NCBI GenBank assembly: GCA_028717685.1
Contig: JAQUNI010000001.1
Location: 54,306 to 118,305 of the forward strand
Source: Patescibacteria group bacterium
Lineage (GTDB): Bacteria > Patescibacteriota > JAQUNI01
DNA length: 64,000 bases
Direction: 5' to 3'
Part shown: piece by piece, positions 36,171 through 46,367 of the stretch
Position numbering within the stretch: position 1 is the stretch's first letter
How the letters are laid out: each line of letters opens with the position of its first letter
Made by a program: the position numbers and the translations under genes
The notes under the pieces: generated by a model
What the model was told of the DNA's origin: nothing
What the model saw: only the letters and a program-made list of their open reading frames with translations
Databases searched by the model: none

Positions 36171-37217
36171 TTATTTCTTGACTGCTCTCAAACCTAAATA
36201 AATAGTGTTGGGATTCACAGGATGATACCTGATGATATGGATCGCTTCAGCCGCATACATTTTGCGCACCTGCCAAGACTCGCCCTCGTTCACCGACTTA
36301 AAGACCGTATTCCCAGCAATAAAAAACAACTCTTCTTGATTCTGGGGATTCACCGCGATCGCCACAATCGGCAAAGAAGCGGAGGGCGTTAAAGTCTTCA
36401 TCGGCGTCCAAGTCCTGCCTCCGTCTTGACTTAAGAGCAAGCCATAGCTCGTCGCCAGATAAAAAGTATTATTCCGCCTATCCCTTTCCAATTGATAAAT
36501 CCACGACCCGCCCTTAAAGGGCTTTAAACCCTCCAGGGCAATTTCCGTCCAGGAAATGCCGCCGTCCTCGCTTTTAAAAATACCCTCGGTAGACGTTACA
36601 TACCACATCATTCTAGAATCCTGCTCGTCCATCTGCAGCCTTCCTGTCTTCGCCGTAAGTTCTGCTAATTTAGTCCATGTTTTGCCCTGATCCTCTGATT
36701 TTAAAATCCCGCCCCAACCCGTGGTGGTAATGATATTATTATGATTATACCAATCAATCACAACATTATAAAGGGGCTGTCCCGCTATCGCGTCGGTAAA
36801 AATCATCTCCCAATTTTCTCCGCCGTCGCGCGTCGCGTATAGCCGGCCTGCCCCGCCCGAAAACACGCTCACATACATAATCTTAGGGTCGTCAGAATCA
36901 ATAGCCATATCCCAAACGTCCCCAATGGTAATTTTCGTTGCCGCCCAGGTGTCCCCATTATTGCGAGAAACATACATTCCCTTGCCTTCCGAACCAAGAT
37001 AAATTGTCTCTTTGTCCACGGGGTCAAAAACAATCTTTAAGATATTTAAAGCGGCAATGCTACTCTTCTCGTCAATCTTCACTTTGAAGGCCCAGGTCTC
37101 ACCCCCGTCATCCGATCGCCAAATCCCCGCCTGCTTGGATTGAAAACAACCTGGCAGGCTTAAACCTAAAAAGAGGAAGGTTATAGGGAGCAAAAGAAGG
37201 AACGATTTTCGGGTCAT
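36171..37217 (-). CDS. BNR/Asp-box repeat beta-propeller lipoprotein
   Basis: 348 aa. Lipobox LSLPGC and seven SxDxGxTW-type repeats (SDDGGETW, RNNGDTW, RDGGENW, SEDQGKTW, SEDGGISW, SQDGGRTW, VNEGESW). Confidence 0.75.
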   Translation of the reverse strand: MTRKSFLLLLPITFLFLGLSLPGCFQSKQAGIWRSDDGGETWAFKVKIDEKSSIAALNILKIVFDPVDKETIYLGSEGKGMYVSRNNGDTWAATKITIGDVWDMAIDSDDPKIMYVSVFSGGAGRLYATRDGGENWEMIFTDAIAGQPLYNVVIDWYNHNNIITTTGWGGILKSEDQGKTWTKLAELTAKTGRLQMDEQDSRMMWYVTSTEGIFKSEDGGISWTEIALEGLKPFKGGSWIYQLERDRRNNTFYLATSYGLLLSQDGGRTWTPMKTLTPSASLPIVAIAVNPQNQEELFFIAGNTVFKSVNEGESWQVRKMYAAEAIHIIRYHPVNPNTIYLGLRAVKK

Positions 37218-37222
37218 AAAAA

Positions 37223-38167
37223 TTAGATATTAATTAACAATGTTTCTAAAGCCAAACGTTTATTAATATTAAATTTCAAATTTTTTAAAATGATTTGCGT
37301 TGTCTGCGCAAGAGACAAAACCTCTCGGCTGGCGTAAGCTTGGCTTGCCTTCACAATCTCCGGAGCAAAATCGGGATTACTCGCTAAATCCAGGCAATTA
37401 TTTTTGGCTAAGATTAAATTGTGATAAAAACCAAGCCACTCTCTTAGCATCTCTTCTAAAGCTTTGCCGTCGCGGGAGACTTTTTCCGCAAAGATAAAAC
37501 GCCTGGCCAGAGAATCACTTTTTAATCGGATCAGATTGCGGACATAATCTATTTTCTTTTCCACTTCCTCGGGATTTTGAAAATAAGTCCAAGCCAATCC
37601 CGGACGCCCTTCCGAAAGATAAGCCAAGACGCGGGCTTGCTCCGAAGAGGCTCCCGCGCTCTTTAAAAAACTTTCTATCTCGCATAGGGCGACGCGGTAA
37701 AACTTAAAAATCTGGCACCGCGAAACAATCGTGGGCAATAAAATTTTTGCAGAGGGAGCGATTAAAATCAAAATCGTCTGCCCCGATGGTTCTTCTAAAA
37801 GCTTCAAAAAAGAATTCGCCGCTGGTCGGTTCATCTTTTCCGCGCAGGGCAGAAAGGCGATTTTATAAGAAGCGAAATAAGGAGTAAGAGCAAGATGATG
37901 TTTTAGTTCCCTCATCTGGTCAATAGTCACCAGTTTTTCTCCCTCCACAATTTTCACATCTGGATGCGCGCTTATTTTTTCCTTGTCTGCCAAATCCAAA
38001 ATTTCCGCGATAAACCGCTTTGCGATTGCTTCTTTTCCTAAATGCGGATCGCCCGCAAAAAGATAGGCATGAGCAAAATTTTTCCGCGCCAAACTATGGC
38101 TCAAAATCTCAAGCTGAATTTTATGTCCCGCAATGCCGGAAAAAACATTCTTTGGAGGATTCGCCAT
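37223..38167 (-). CDS. holB: DNA polymerase III subunit delta prime
   Basis: 314 aa. AHAYLFAGDPHLGK (degenerate P-loop) and SRCQIF. Confidence 0.8.
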   Translation of the reverse strand: MANPPKNVFSGIAGHKIQLEILSHSLARKNFAHAYLFAGDPHLGKEAIAKRFIAEILDLADKEKISAHPDVKIVEGEKLVTIDQMRELKHHLALTPYFASYKIAFLPCAEKMNRPAANSFLKLLEEPSGQTILILIAPSAKILLPTIVSRCQIFKFYRVALCEIESFLKSAGASSEQARVLAYLSEGRPGLAWTYFQNPEEVEKKIDYVRNLIRLKSDSLARRFIFAEKVSRDGKALEEMLREWLGFYHNLILAKNNCLDLASNPDFAPEIVKASQAYASREVLSLAQTTQIILKNLKFNINKRLALETLLINI

Positions 38168-38301
38168 ATTTTCTGTGTCCAGCGCCTTTTTGAACGCCCC
38201 GCCGTCTTTTTCGTCGGAGGAAAAGAAACTACAACTTTTCGGTGAGGCTTTAATAGCTTGCCAAAAAGGGGCTTTAATTTATTATAACATAATTTTGAAA
38301 T

Positions 38302-38329
38302 AAAAAAAGTGCGGGCTAATTGACCGCAC
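38302..38329 (-). terminator. Rho-independent terminator after the IMPase gene
   Basis: The minus strand reads gtgcgg tcaattagc ccgcac followed by seven T. Confidence 0.75.
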
Positions 38330-38380
38330 CTAAACATAAAAAGTCTGTATTCGCAATCTAAATTTCTGTCTGTGGAACAA

Positions 38381-39151
38381 TTATAAAATCTTTAATAACT
38401 GCTCATGAATTTTCGTGCCATTACTCGCCAAAAAGATACTATTTTTATCATTCTTTTCCTGCCTCCCTTTAAAATCGGTGATTAAAGCCCCTGCCTCTTG
38501 AGCAATTAATTTACCCGCAATATAATCGTAAATTTCATTGTCATTATTGATAATCGCCTCAATTTTCCCAGAAGCTAAGAGACAAAAATCCAAGGCGGGC
38601 GACCAATTAGTTAAGACTCTTTTCACTTTTACTGCGTTTAGTTTTCTGGTAAGATTATCGGCGTATTCTCTGGAATTAACATCATTACAAGTATAAACAA
38701 CACTAACTCTTTTGATGTCCGCTTCTTGATTAACTCGCAGTTTTTTATTTTCCAAAAAGGCGCCTTTTCCTTTTTCGGCGCGATAGGTCTGATTTAAGAT
38801 GGGGCTGTGAATCACCGCGGAGATCACCTCATTATTTTTCAATAAAGCGATGCAAACCGAAAAATTGGGAATACCTAAAACAAAATTATTGGAGCCATCC
38901 ATAGGATCAACAACGAAGGTGTAATCTGATTTTTTATCTATTATTCCTTTCTCTTCGGAAAAAATATTGTAATGAGGAAATTCCAGGGAGAGAATCTTTA
39001 AGATTACAGCTTCGGATTCCAAATCCGCCTCTGTACGAAAATCAGAAACAGTGGATTTCTCTTGCAGCTCCATCGTCTTGCCAAAATATTTTTTGAGAAT
39101 TCGGCCGCCATTTTCTGCGGCTTGGATTATTTTTTTTAAGCTAGAATCCAT
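38381..39151 (-). CDS. inositol monophosphatase family protein
   Basis: 256 aa. FSEEKG, VVDPMDGSNNF and WSPALD motifs. Confidence 0.9.
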   Translation of the reverse strand: MDSSLKKIIQAAENGGRILKKYFGKTMELQEKSTVSDFRTEADLESEAVILKILSLEFPHYNIFSEEKGIIDKKSDYTFVVDPMDGSNNFVLGIPNFSVCIALLKNNEVISAVIHSPILNQTYRAEKGKGAFLENKKLRVNQEADIKRVSVVYTCNDVNSREYADNLTRKLNAVKVKRVLTNWSPALDFCLLASGKIEAIINNDNEIYDYIAGKLIAQEAGALITDFKGRQEKNDKNSIFLASNGTKIHEQLLKIL

Positions 39152-39234
39152 ATATCCCTATTTTACCAAAAAATCCTGCTTGCGGATAAAAAAACAGAAT
39201 TATATTCATTTTAAAAAAATAGTTAGCCCTACCT

Positions 39235-40245
39235 TTAAGTTTTACTAGACAGAATACTGTGCTTGTAGAGTTCCAAATTCTCTAGGGCTATGCCCGTGCC
39301 GCGAACCACGCAGAGAAGGGGATCTTCGGCAACATAAGAAGGCACGCCGATTGCTTTGCTCACGAGTTTATCCATATTGCGTAAAAGGGCGCTTCCACCG
39401 GATAAAACCATCCCCCGATCAATCACGTCCGCGGAAAGCTCGGGCGGTGTTTTTTGAAGCACGGATTTAATCACGTTGATAATCTCTCGCAAAGGATCTT
39501 GAATCGCTTCGGTCACTTCATTAGAGGTGATTTCAATGCTGCGCGGCAATCCCCCGACAATGTCGCGACCGCGAATCTCCGTCTTTTTATTTTCCGAAAG
39601 AGGCAAAGCGCTTCCGAGCTTGATTTTTACCGCTTCCGCCGTGGCGTCGCCAATCGCTAAATTATGCTTCGCACGCACATAATCTGTAATCGCTTGATCA
39701 AATTTATTGCCAGCCACGCGCGCAGAATTGGAGGTTACCACCCCTCCCAAAGAAATAATCCCCACCTCGGTCGTCCCGCCGCCGATGTCAATAATCATAT
39801 TCCCCACGGATTGACCGATTGGAATCCCCGCTCCAATTGCCGCCGCCACAGGTTGCTTGATTAAATAAACCGCTTTGGCGCCCGCGTTCATCGTAGCGTC
39901 CACCACCGCTCTCCTCTCTGTGGAAGTAATCCCCACAGGCACAGAGACCATCACTTCCGGACGAAATAACCTGACCCCGCCAGTCGCTTTGTTAATAAAA
40001 TAACGCAGCATCGTTTCGGTAATCCGATAATCCGCAATCACCCCGTCGCGCATTGGCTGGGAAGCTTTGATGTTTTCGTGGGTGCGGCCAAGCATTTGCT
40101 TCGCTTCCAACCCCACCGCTAAAATTTTATTGTCATCTAAAGAAACCGCCACTACTGTCGGTTCGTTAATCACCATTCCCCTCTTCGGCACGCAGACTAG
40201 GGTATTCGCGGTGCCGAGATCAATACCAATGCGTTTTGTGAACAT
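39235..40245 (-). CDS. mreB: MreB-family actin homolog, second paralog
   Basis: 336 aa. GIDLGTANTLVCV and DIGGGTTE. It is clearly homologous to 31519-32559. Confidence 0.9.
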   Translation of the reverse strand: MFTKRIGIDLGTANTLVCVPKRGMVINEPTVVAVSLDDNKILAVGLEAKQMLGRTHENIKASQPMRDGVIADYRITETMLRYFINKATGGVRLFRPEVMVSVPVGITSTERRAVVDATMNAGAKAVYLIKQPVAAAIGAGIPIGQSVGNMIIDIGGGTTEVGIISLGGVVTSNSARVAGNKFDQAITDYVRAKHNLAIGDATAEAVKIKLGSALPLSENKKTEIRGRDIVGGLPRSIEITSNEVTEAIQDPLREIINVIKSVLQKTPPELSADVIDRGMVLSGGSALLRNMDKLVSKAIGVPSYVAEDPLLCVVRGTGIALENLELYKHSILSSKT

Positions 40246-40248
40246 AAT

Positions 40249-40302
40249 GAAAACTTAAAACGAAAAGCGTAAAACGCAAAACTACAATGCAAAACTTAAA
40301 AC
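40249..40302. repeat. tandem heptamer array in the leader of the second mreB
   Basis: tgaaaac ttaaaac gaaaagc gtaaaac gcaaaac tacaatg caaaact taaaac has period 7. It is single-armed and abuts the start codon. Confidence 0.7.
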
Positions 40303-40327
40303 TTTTTTTATCTTACTTGACGCCTTG

Positions 40328-40357
40328 ATTATAGCATAGCGGAAATTGACGAGTCAA
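40328..40357 (-). promoter_or_regulatory. sigma70-like promoter for the second mreB
   Basis: The minus strand reads TTGACT (40357-40352), an 18-nt spacer, then TATAAT (40333-40328) preceded by TGC (extended -10). Confidence 0.65.
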
Positions 40358-40417
40358 AGGAACGAATCTAGCAGTTGGAATTAAGAATCAAGAATTAAGG
40401 GATTGTTATATTTGTTT

Positions 40418-40441
40418 CATTGTTGCATTGTTGCATTGTTG
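40418..40441. repeat. tandem octamer cattgttg x3
   Basis: Three exact copies in a row. Confidence 0.8.
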
Positions 40442-40508
40442 AATTCGTAAATATCTTTTCGACCGTCATTGCGAGGCTATTTCCATAGAATCTTAGAAGC
40501 TACATTAT

Positions 40509-40617
40509 CAACCCCCCTACCCCCTTGCCAGGGGGGTCAATTTTTTCCCCTTAGAAAATGAAGGGTGGGGGCTGGAAAAATTTTCTCCCCTGATAAGGGG
40601 AGAAGCAAGAGGGGTTG
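40509..40617. repeat. C-tract/G-tract nested-hairpin element
   Basis: It is bounded by caacccc ... ggggttg. Internal stems are ccccc ttgcca ggggg and tctcccc tgataa ggggaga (40584-40603). Confidence 0.7.
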
Positions 40618-40630
40618 TAAAATGTAAATC

Positions 40631-40657
40631 AAAAAAGACAAGATTTTTTTTCTTGCC
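40631..40657 (-). terminator. probable Rho-independent terminator downstream of murA
   Basis: The minus strand reads ggcaaga aaaaaaa tcttgtc tttttt. That is a 7-bp stem including one G-U pair, about 90 nt after the murA stop. Confidence 0.5.
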
Positions 40658-40746
40658 TTTTCTGTTGTAACCTCTTGATAATCTAATTTTTTAAAAATAG
40701 AACTTTAAGCCCCTCACTTGGTGGCATGGGGGAGAATTCAGAGAGA

Positions 40747-42021
40747 TTATTTTACTCTTTTTATTTCCGCTCCTAAAGACTTTAATTTTCCTTCTATATT
40801 TTCATATCCCCGATCAATCTCCTCCGCCCGTTCAATGATTGATCGTCCGGAGGCGGCGAGAGCGGCGAGAACCAAGGTCGCGCCAGCGCGCAAATCAAGG
40901 CTCGTAATCTTACGACCGCGAAGTTTGGTCGGACCAAAAATTTTGGCGCGGTGGGCGTCCAGAATCTCCACTCTCGCGCCCATCTTTTTAAGTTCCCCTA
41001 AATATTGCAACCTGCCTTCGTACATTGGATCGTGAACCATACTCTCGCCTTTAGCTTGAGTCAAAAGCACGGCAAAGGGCGCCTGCAAATCTGTAGGAAA
41101 ACCGGGATAGGGCAAGGTTTGGATTTTCAGAGCATTAAAACGGGGCGAGGGTAAAGTCTGCACATAATCCTTGCCCACGACAAAATGAGCGCCTGTTTCT
41201 TCTAACTTCTTCAAAAAAATCTTCAAATGTCCCGGATCCAAATTCTTTACTTTCACTGCGCCACCCGTGATTAAACCCGCGATAATCAATGTTCCCGCTT
41301 CAATCATATCGGGTATAATTTTGTGCCGAACGCCATGCAAAGTCTTGACGCCTTCAATCACAATCGTGTGCGTCCCCGCCCCATGAATCTTGGCTCCCGC
41401 TTGCCTTAAAAAACGCGCCAGATCTTGGACATGGGGCTCCGAGGCGGCAAGCTTAATCACGGTTCTACCCTTGGCCGTCACAGCCGCCATAATTAAATTC
41501 TCAGTTGCCGTCACGCTAAATTCTTCTAAAACCACTTCCGTTCCTCTCAATGCTTTCGTTTCCAAAACATAACAATCTTTCTCATGACGGATTTTCACCC
41601 CTAAGGATTGCAGAGCGTCCAAATGCGTATCTATAGGTCTTGCGCCAATATGACAACCACCAGGGTGAGGAATTTTTACTCTTCCAAAACGCGCGAGGAG
41701 TGACCCCACTAAAAGAATAGAGGAGCGCATCTCCCGCACTTCGGGAAAATTTAAGCCTCGAGATTTGACCGCCATCGCGTTCAATCGCACGCGATGGCTT
41801 CTCAGGTCACTTGCGACCTCTATATTCAGCCGCTCTAAGATTCGCTTCATCTTTTCCACATCCAAAATATTAGGGACATTTTCCAAAACCGTGCTACCCT
41901 GAACAAGTAGGCTTGCTGCCAAAATGGGAGTAGCTGCATTCTTTGCGCCTTGCACAGTAACCTCACCATTTAATTTTTTTCCACCTTGGATAATAAATTT
42001 TGCCATAAATGACTTTGACAA
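40747..42021 (-). CDS. murA: UDP-N-acetylglucosamine 1-carboxyvinyltransferase
   Basis: 424 aa. GAKNAATPILAASLL and active-site loop PGGCHIGARPID. The start may be Met6. Confidence 0.95.
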   Translation of the reverse strand: MSKSFMAKFIIQGGKKLNGEVTVQGAKNAATPILAASLLVQGSTVLENVPNILDVEKMKRILERLNIEVASDLRSHRVRLNAMAVKSRGLNFPEVREMRSSILLVGSLLARFGRVKIPHPGGCHIGARPIDTHLDALQSLGVKIRHEKDCYVLETKALRGTEVVLEEFSVTATENLIMAAVTAKGRTVIKLAASEPHVQDLARFLRQAGAKIHGAGTHTIVIEGVKTLHGVRHKIIPDMIEAGTLIIAGLITGGAVKVKNLDPGHLKIFLKKLEETGAHFVVGKDYVQTLPSPRFNALKIQTLPYPGFPTDLQAPFAVLLTQAKGESMVHDPMYEGRLQYLGELKKMGARVEILDAHRAKIFGPTKLRGRKITSLDLRAGATLVLAALAASGRSIIERAEEIDRGYENIEGKLKSLGAEIKRVK

Positions 42022-42146
42022 TTGGTTCTTAATATGCTAAGTTAAATGCCGCCTTATTTTCCCTTGTTCAATGGCTGGCTGGATTATAATATGGTTAAAT
42101 TCTCAAGAACAAACACTAAAACAGTTAAATAACAAACAATTGATTT

Positions 42147-43505
42147 ATGCCCTATCTTTTCCGCCGCTTTCTTCTATTTCTAATCATCTTCATCTTTCTC
42201 TTGGCTGCCCCTTTAGTCTGTTTTTACGCTCGAGGGTATCGTTTTGATTTCCAAACTTTAGAATTCACGAAAACCGGCACCATCAGCATTAAAACTATTC
42301 CGCGCGGCGCTAGTATTTATCTGAATAATAAACTCTATCAAAACTTAAGCCCGACAAAAATTGATGGCTTAAAACCCAAAGACTACACCCTGAAAGTCAC
42401 CAAACCCGGATACCAAGACTGGCAAGCGACCTTGACCGTAAAGCCCGAACTGGTAACCTCGGCAACACACATTATCCTCTTCCCAGAAAAAATCGAAGAA
42501 GAAGTATTGACAGCCGGCCAAATCAATAATTTTAATTTAAGCCCAGACCAAAAAAAAATTATTTATAATATCGCGCAGGGCGAGGATAAAGGTCTCTGGA
42601 TCTTTGATCTGGACAAAAAACAAAATCTCAAAATTTCTGACATTTATTTTGATGAATTTGATTGGTCAGAGGATAGTCAGAAAGCGATTTTAACAAGAGA
42701 AGAAAAAAGCCAAAAAAGATACGGCATTTTGAATCTGAAGGCAAATGATGCGCCAGATTATTCATTTAAAATTCAAGATTTAGGAAGTGTCTTCCAAAAA
42801 CCAATTGAAGAGGTGCATTGGCAAGCGGGTAATAATCAGAGGCTATTTCTTTTAAGCCAAGGTGATCTTTATGAAGTGAACTTTATAAAACTTGAAATTA
42901 CCTTGCTCCAAAAAAACATTAAAGCCTACGCGCCCAATGCTTACGGCCTTTTCTGGATTCAAGAAGATCAAAGAAATTATTCCCTCGTTGCTCAAGATTA
43001 CCGTCTTCTGAATCGCACCCAAATGATTGCTTCTTTGCCGGCGCGAGAAGAATATAAGATTATCCCGGGCGCAAAAAAAATTGCCGTTCTCGCGGATAAT
43101 GATCTTTTCTTAATCCAAGACGAATCAACCTTGCAAATTGCGTCTAACGTAATAGACGCAATTTGGTCGCCAGACGGACAAAGATTGCTCTATTTTAACG
43201 AGCATCAATTAGGGAATTATTACTTAAAAGATGAAGAGAATATAATCTTAACGCGAGATAGCAGAATTCTAAAAAATGTCGGCTGGTGGCCGCGATCACA
43301 ATATATAACCTTCACTGCGGAAGGAAAATTAAAATTTCTTGACGCAGCGCCAGAGATGAATACCCACTATATTACCGAGATAAAAAACACCCGCATCCCT
43401 GACACCAGAATTTACTGGAATAAAGATACAAAAGGAATCTTTATGCTTTCCCAAAATAGTCAAGAAGAAAGGGAAATTATGGAGATGAGATTAATAGAAG
43501 AATAG
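42147..43505 (+). CDS. PEGA domain membrane-anchored protein with C-terminal beta-propeller-like region
   Basis: 452 aa with an N-terminal TM. PEGA-like PRGASIYLNNK...YTLKVTKPGYQDW is followed by TolB/WD40-like repeats (WSPDGQRLLY). Confidence 0.65.
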   Translation: MPYLFRRFLLFLIIFIFLLAAPLVCFYARGYRFDFQTLEFTKTGTISIKTIPRGASIYLNNKLYQNLSPTKIDGLKPKDYTLKVTKPGYQDWQATLTVKPELVTSATHIILFPEKIEEEVLTAGQINNFNLSPDQKKIIYNIAQGEDKGLWIFDLDKKQNLKISDIYFDEFDWSEDSQKAILTREEKSQKRYGILNLKANDAPDYSFKIQDLGSVFQKPIEEVHWQAGNNQRLFLLSQGDLYEVNFIKLEITLLQKNIKAYAPNAYGLFWIQEDQRNYSLVAQDYRLLNRTQMIASLPAREEYKIIPGAKKIAVLADNDLFLIQDESTLQIASNVIDAIWSPDGQRLLYFNEHQLGNYYLKDEENIILTRDSRILKNVGWWPRSQYITFTAEGKLKFLDAAPEMNTHYITEIKNTRIPDTRIYWNKDTKGIFMLSQNSQEEREIMEMRLIEE

Positions 43506-43532
43506 AATCTTAAGGGCGGCTTCGCCATTTAG

Positions 43533-43559
43533 GGTGTCGCTCGCAAGCGACACCTTTTT
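43533..43559 (+). terminator. Rho-independent terminator
   Basis: Perfect 9-bp stem ggtgtcgct / agcgacacc with loop cgca, followed by five T. Confidence 0.85.
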
Positions 43560-43661
43560 AACAAATTAACAAAAAATTCAGGTTTAAGTTTACCCCCACA
43601 CCAATACATTGATGGTGGGGGCACACCAAAATCTTTGGTGAAGGATTTGGCGCCGCATACT

Positions 43662-44189
43662 TTACCTCTTGGAAAACTGCGGCGCGCGCCGGGCTCCTTT
43701 GAGCCCGTATTTTTTTCTCTCTTTTTTACGCGGATCGCGCTTTAGGAAACCGGCTCGTTTTAGCCTTTTCCGGAAATTGGGCTCAAAAAGGAATAAAGCT
43801 CGCGCAATCCCATGGCGCACTGCTTCGGATTGGCCCTTGACCCCGCCACCCTTGACCTTCACTTCCAAGTCAAAACCCTCCGGACGACCGACACAATTCT
43901 GGGCTTCGCATACTATTTTTTGCAAGCGGGATTCTAAAAAATATTTTGGGTAATCTTTATTATTGACTGTGATCTGACCCTTTCCGACCCTTAATTTGAC
44001 ACACGCAACCGCCTCTTTTCGCCTCCCCACAGCATAAAAATAACGCCCCTTGCGCGATCCCTTGCCCTTGGATACCTTCAGGTCCACTTCCTTCTCCGCT
44101 ATTTGCGCGGGAGTCTCTTTTTTCGATTTAGATCCGGGTTTGACCTTCACCTTTTTGGAAATACTTTTCGTTTTTTTTGAACTCTGCAT
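43662..44189 (-). CDS. rpsI: 30S ribosomal protein S9 (Lys-rich N-terminal extension)
   Basis: 175 aa. The C-terminus GLKGARRAPQFSKR fits S9. About 45 extra basic residues sit at the N-terminus. Confidence 0.95.
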   Translation of the reverse strand: MQSSKKTKSISKKVKVKPGSKSKKETPAQIAEKEVDLKVSKGKGSRKGRYFYAVGRRKEAVACVKLRVGKGQITVNNKDYPKYFLESRLQKIVCEAQNCVGRPEGFDLEVKVKGGGVKGQSEAVRHGIARALFLFEPNFRKRLKRAGFLKRDPRKKERKKYGLKGARRAPQFSKR

Positions 44190-44265
44190 AAATTAATTGT
44201 TCTTTTGAAAACTTAGAAGATAAAAATTTTTTAAGAAATAATAAACCCTTACCACAAACTAAAGC

Positions 44266-44697
44266 TTAAAACGACCTCTGATGTTCTGATAACGAGGTAA
44301 ACTTATTTTGATAAGGATGTTTCTGAGCCGTAAAAATTTTTAACCGTCTTAACATTGTCTTCCTTAATTTATTATCGGGCAGCATTCCCCTCACTGCTCT
44401 TCTTAATACGAGAGACGGATCGCGACCAAAGGCCTTTTTAAATGTTTCCGTCTTTAAACCGCCAGGATAGCCGCTATGACGATAATATTTCTTTTGCTCG
44501 ACCTTTTTGCCTGTGACCCTTATTTGACGCGCGTTAATCACTACCACCCAATCCCCCCGATCTTCATAGAGAACAAATTGGGGCTTGTTTTTCCCCCTTA
44601 AAAGAATAGCAGTCTCACCTGCCAAACGTCCCAGCACTTTATTTTTGGCATCAAGGAGATGCCACTCTCTTTCAATTTCTCTCCCTTTGACTTTCAT
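44266..44697 (-). CDS. rplM: 50S ribosomal protein L13
   Basis: 143 aa with WHLLDAKNKVLGRLA. Confidence 0.95.
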   Translation of the reverse strand: MKVKGREIEREWHLLDAKNKVLGRLAGETAILLRGKNKPQFVLYEDRGDWVVVINARQIRVTGKKVEQKKYYRHSGYPGGLKTETFKKAFGRDPSLVLRRAVRGMLPDNKLRKTMLRRLKIFTAQKHPYQNKFTSLSEHQRSF

Positions 44698-44765
44698 AGA
44701 GATAATATCTAATTTCTAATATTAAATACAATAGCTAATAATTAAAGCTTTTGTAACTTATAGCC

Positions 44766-44809
44766 TATAACTTGTGACTCAAGCCTTGTATTACAAGTTT
44801 CAAGTTATA
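44766..44809. repeat. hairpin within heptamer-like spacer (aacttgt/caagtta words)
   Basis: Perfect 9-bp stem tataacttg (44766-44774) with caagttata (44801-44809), in the rplM/rplQ spacer. Confidence 0.6.
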
Positions 44810-44825
44810 AATTATAAAAATTATT

Positions 44826-45176
44826 TTACACTAATTCTATCTTCACCATTTTTGCACTGTCGCCAGCACGAGAGGAAAGTCTGATTATTCTGGTATAACC
44901 GCCAGGGCGCGTTTTATATTTCGGCCCTAGGACTTTAAAAACTTTTCCAGTCGCTTCTTTGGTCAAAAAGCGCAAAACATAACGCCGGTTCGCCAAACTT
45001 TCCGATTCTTTTCCCCGGGTCACCAATCTCTCCGCTAAAGGCCGCACCGCTTGCGCTCTGGCAGCTGTGGTCACAATTTGGTTATGCAAAATCAAAGCAT
45101 TAGCCAACTGCCTAAGCAAAGCCTTTCTTTCATCGGGAGTTCTTTTTAATTTATTTCCCTTCTTTAAATGACGCAT
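44826..45176 (-). CDS. rplQ: 50S ribosomal protein L17
   Basis: 116 aa with MRHLKKGNKLKRTPDERKALLRQLA. Confidence 0.95.
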   Translation of the reverse strand: MRHLKKGNKLKRTPDERKALLRQLANALILHNQIVTTAARAQAVRPLAERLVTRGKESESLANRRYVLRFLTKEATGKVFKVLGPKYKTRPGGYTRIIRLSSRAGDSAKMVKIELV

Positions 45177-45303
45177 AATAAAATCTTTTTACCCCACACC
45201 TTTGTAAGAAGAGTACCCCGCGAGCCTAGGCTAACGGGTATGAATAGATATCAGTGAAATCCTTGCCTTCCGAGGTTTAATACTTCACGAGAAAGTGCGG
45301 GAT

Positions 45304-46281
45304 TTATTTTTTTTGCTGCAATAAAATTCCTTTCCGACCTAGAATTCTTTTTATCTCTTTTCTCGCCGAATCACCAATGCCGGGGATTTTGCCCAACTTC
45401 TCTTCAGTCATTTTAGCTAAATCTTTCACCTTGGTAACTCTTTTCTTCTTGAGAGCGTTCAACGTCCGCTTAGATAACCTTAGTTCCTCCAAAGACAAAT
45501 CTTCTAAAATGGCGGCGCTTGCCAAAACCGCTTTCTCTCTCTTATCCCCTACGTTCCGTCTCGGAGTCTTTTTAATCATCTCCTTGACTTTAGCCAGTTT
45601 TAACCCTGCCAGACAAGAAAAATGATTCACTAAAATCTTTGCCGCTTCTTCCAAGGCGTCTTTAGGGCTCACTGTACCATCCGTCTCCAAGTCTATATTC
45701 AACTTATCAAAATTCGTCATTTCTCCCACCCGAATATTCTCAATCTTGTAGGATACATTCTTAATAGGAGTAAAAATCGCATCAACGGCAATTTCACCAA
45801 TTTCGCGCTTCTCTTCCTCCCTTTGTTCCACTGGTTTGTACCCCCTCCCTTGACTCACTGTAATTTCCATCTCCAGTTCAGCTTTCTTATCCGTCAAGGT
45901 CGCAATGCGCAAATCGGGATTAGCGATCTCCACATCGCTCCCCGTTTTTATATCACGCGCCTTCACTTCCTTTTCACCCTTAACATTTAAAGTAATCTTG
46001 ACTGGTTCTCTTTTATACACTTTGAACCTCAACTGCTTCAAATTTAAAATGATATCCACCATATCTTCTTTCACAAAAGGCAAAGCGGAAAATTCATGAT
46101 CCACCCCCTTAATCTTTACCGCGGTTACCGCCCCTCCAGGCAAAGAGGAAAGCAATACCCTCCGCAGAGCATTGCCCAGGGTTAAACCGTATCCTGGAAA
46201 ACAGGGCTCAATTACTAAAGTCGCCCGATTCCCTTGGGATTTAATGATTTCCACTTTTTGCGGTAATTGAATTTCCTCCAT
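45304..46281 (-). CDS. rpoA: DNA-directed RNA polymerase subunit alpha
   Basis: 325 aa. NALRRVLLSS in the N-terminal domain and a C-terminal HhH domain (LSKRTLNALKK). Confidence 0.95.
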   Translation of the reverse strand: MEEIQLPQKVEIIKSQGNRATLVIEPCFPGYGLTLGNALRRVLLSSLPGGAVTAVKIKGVDHEFSALPFVKEDMVDIILNLKQLRFKVYKREPVKITLNVKGEKEVKARDIKTGSDVEIANPDLRIATLTDKKAELEMEITVSQGRGYKPVEQREEEKREIGEIAVDAIFTPIKNVSYKIENIRVGEMTNFDKLNIDLETDGTVSPKDALEEAAKILVNHFSCLAGLKLAKVKEMIKKTPRRNVGDKREKAVLASAAILEDLSLEELRLSKRTLNALKKKRVTKVKDLAKMTEEKLGKIPGIGDSARKEIKRILGRKGILLQQKK

Positions 46282-46367
46282 ATTATTTGGTTCTAAAAGA
46301 CACTTCTTGAAGACTTAGGGTAAATTTTTATCTCTAAGCCTTGAAGCGCTTTTTATCTAAAATGTTA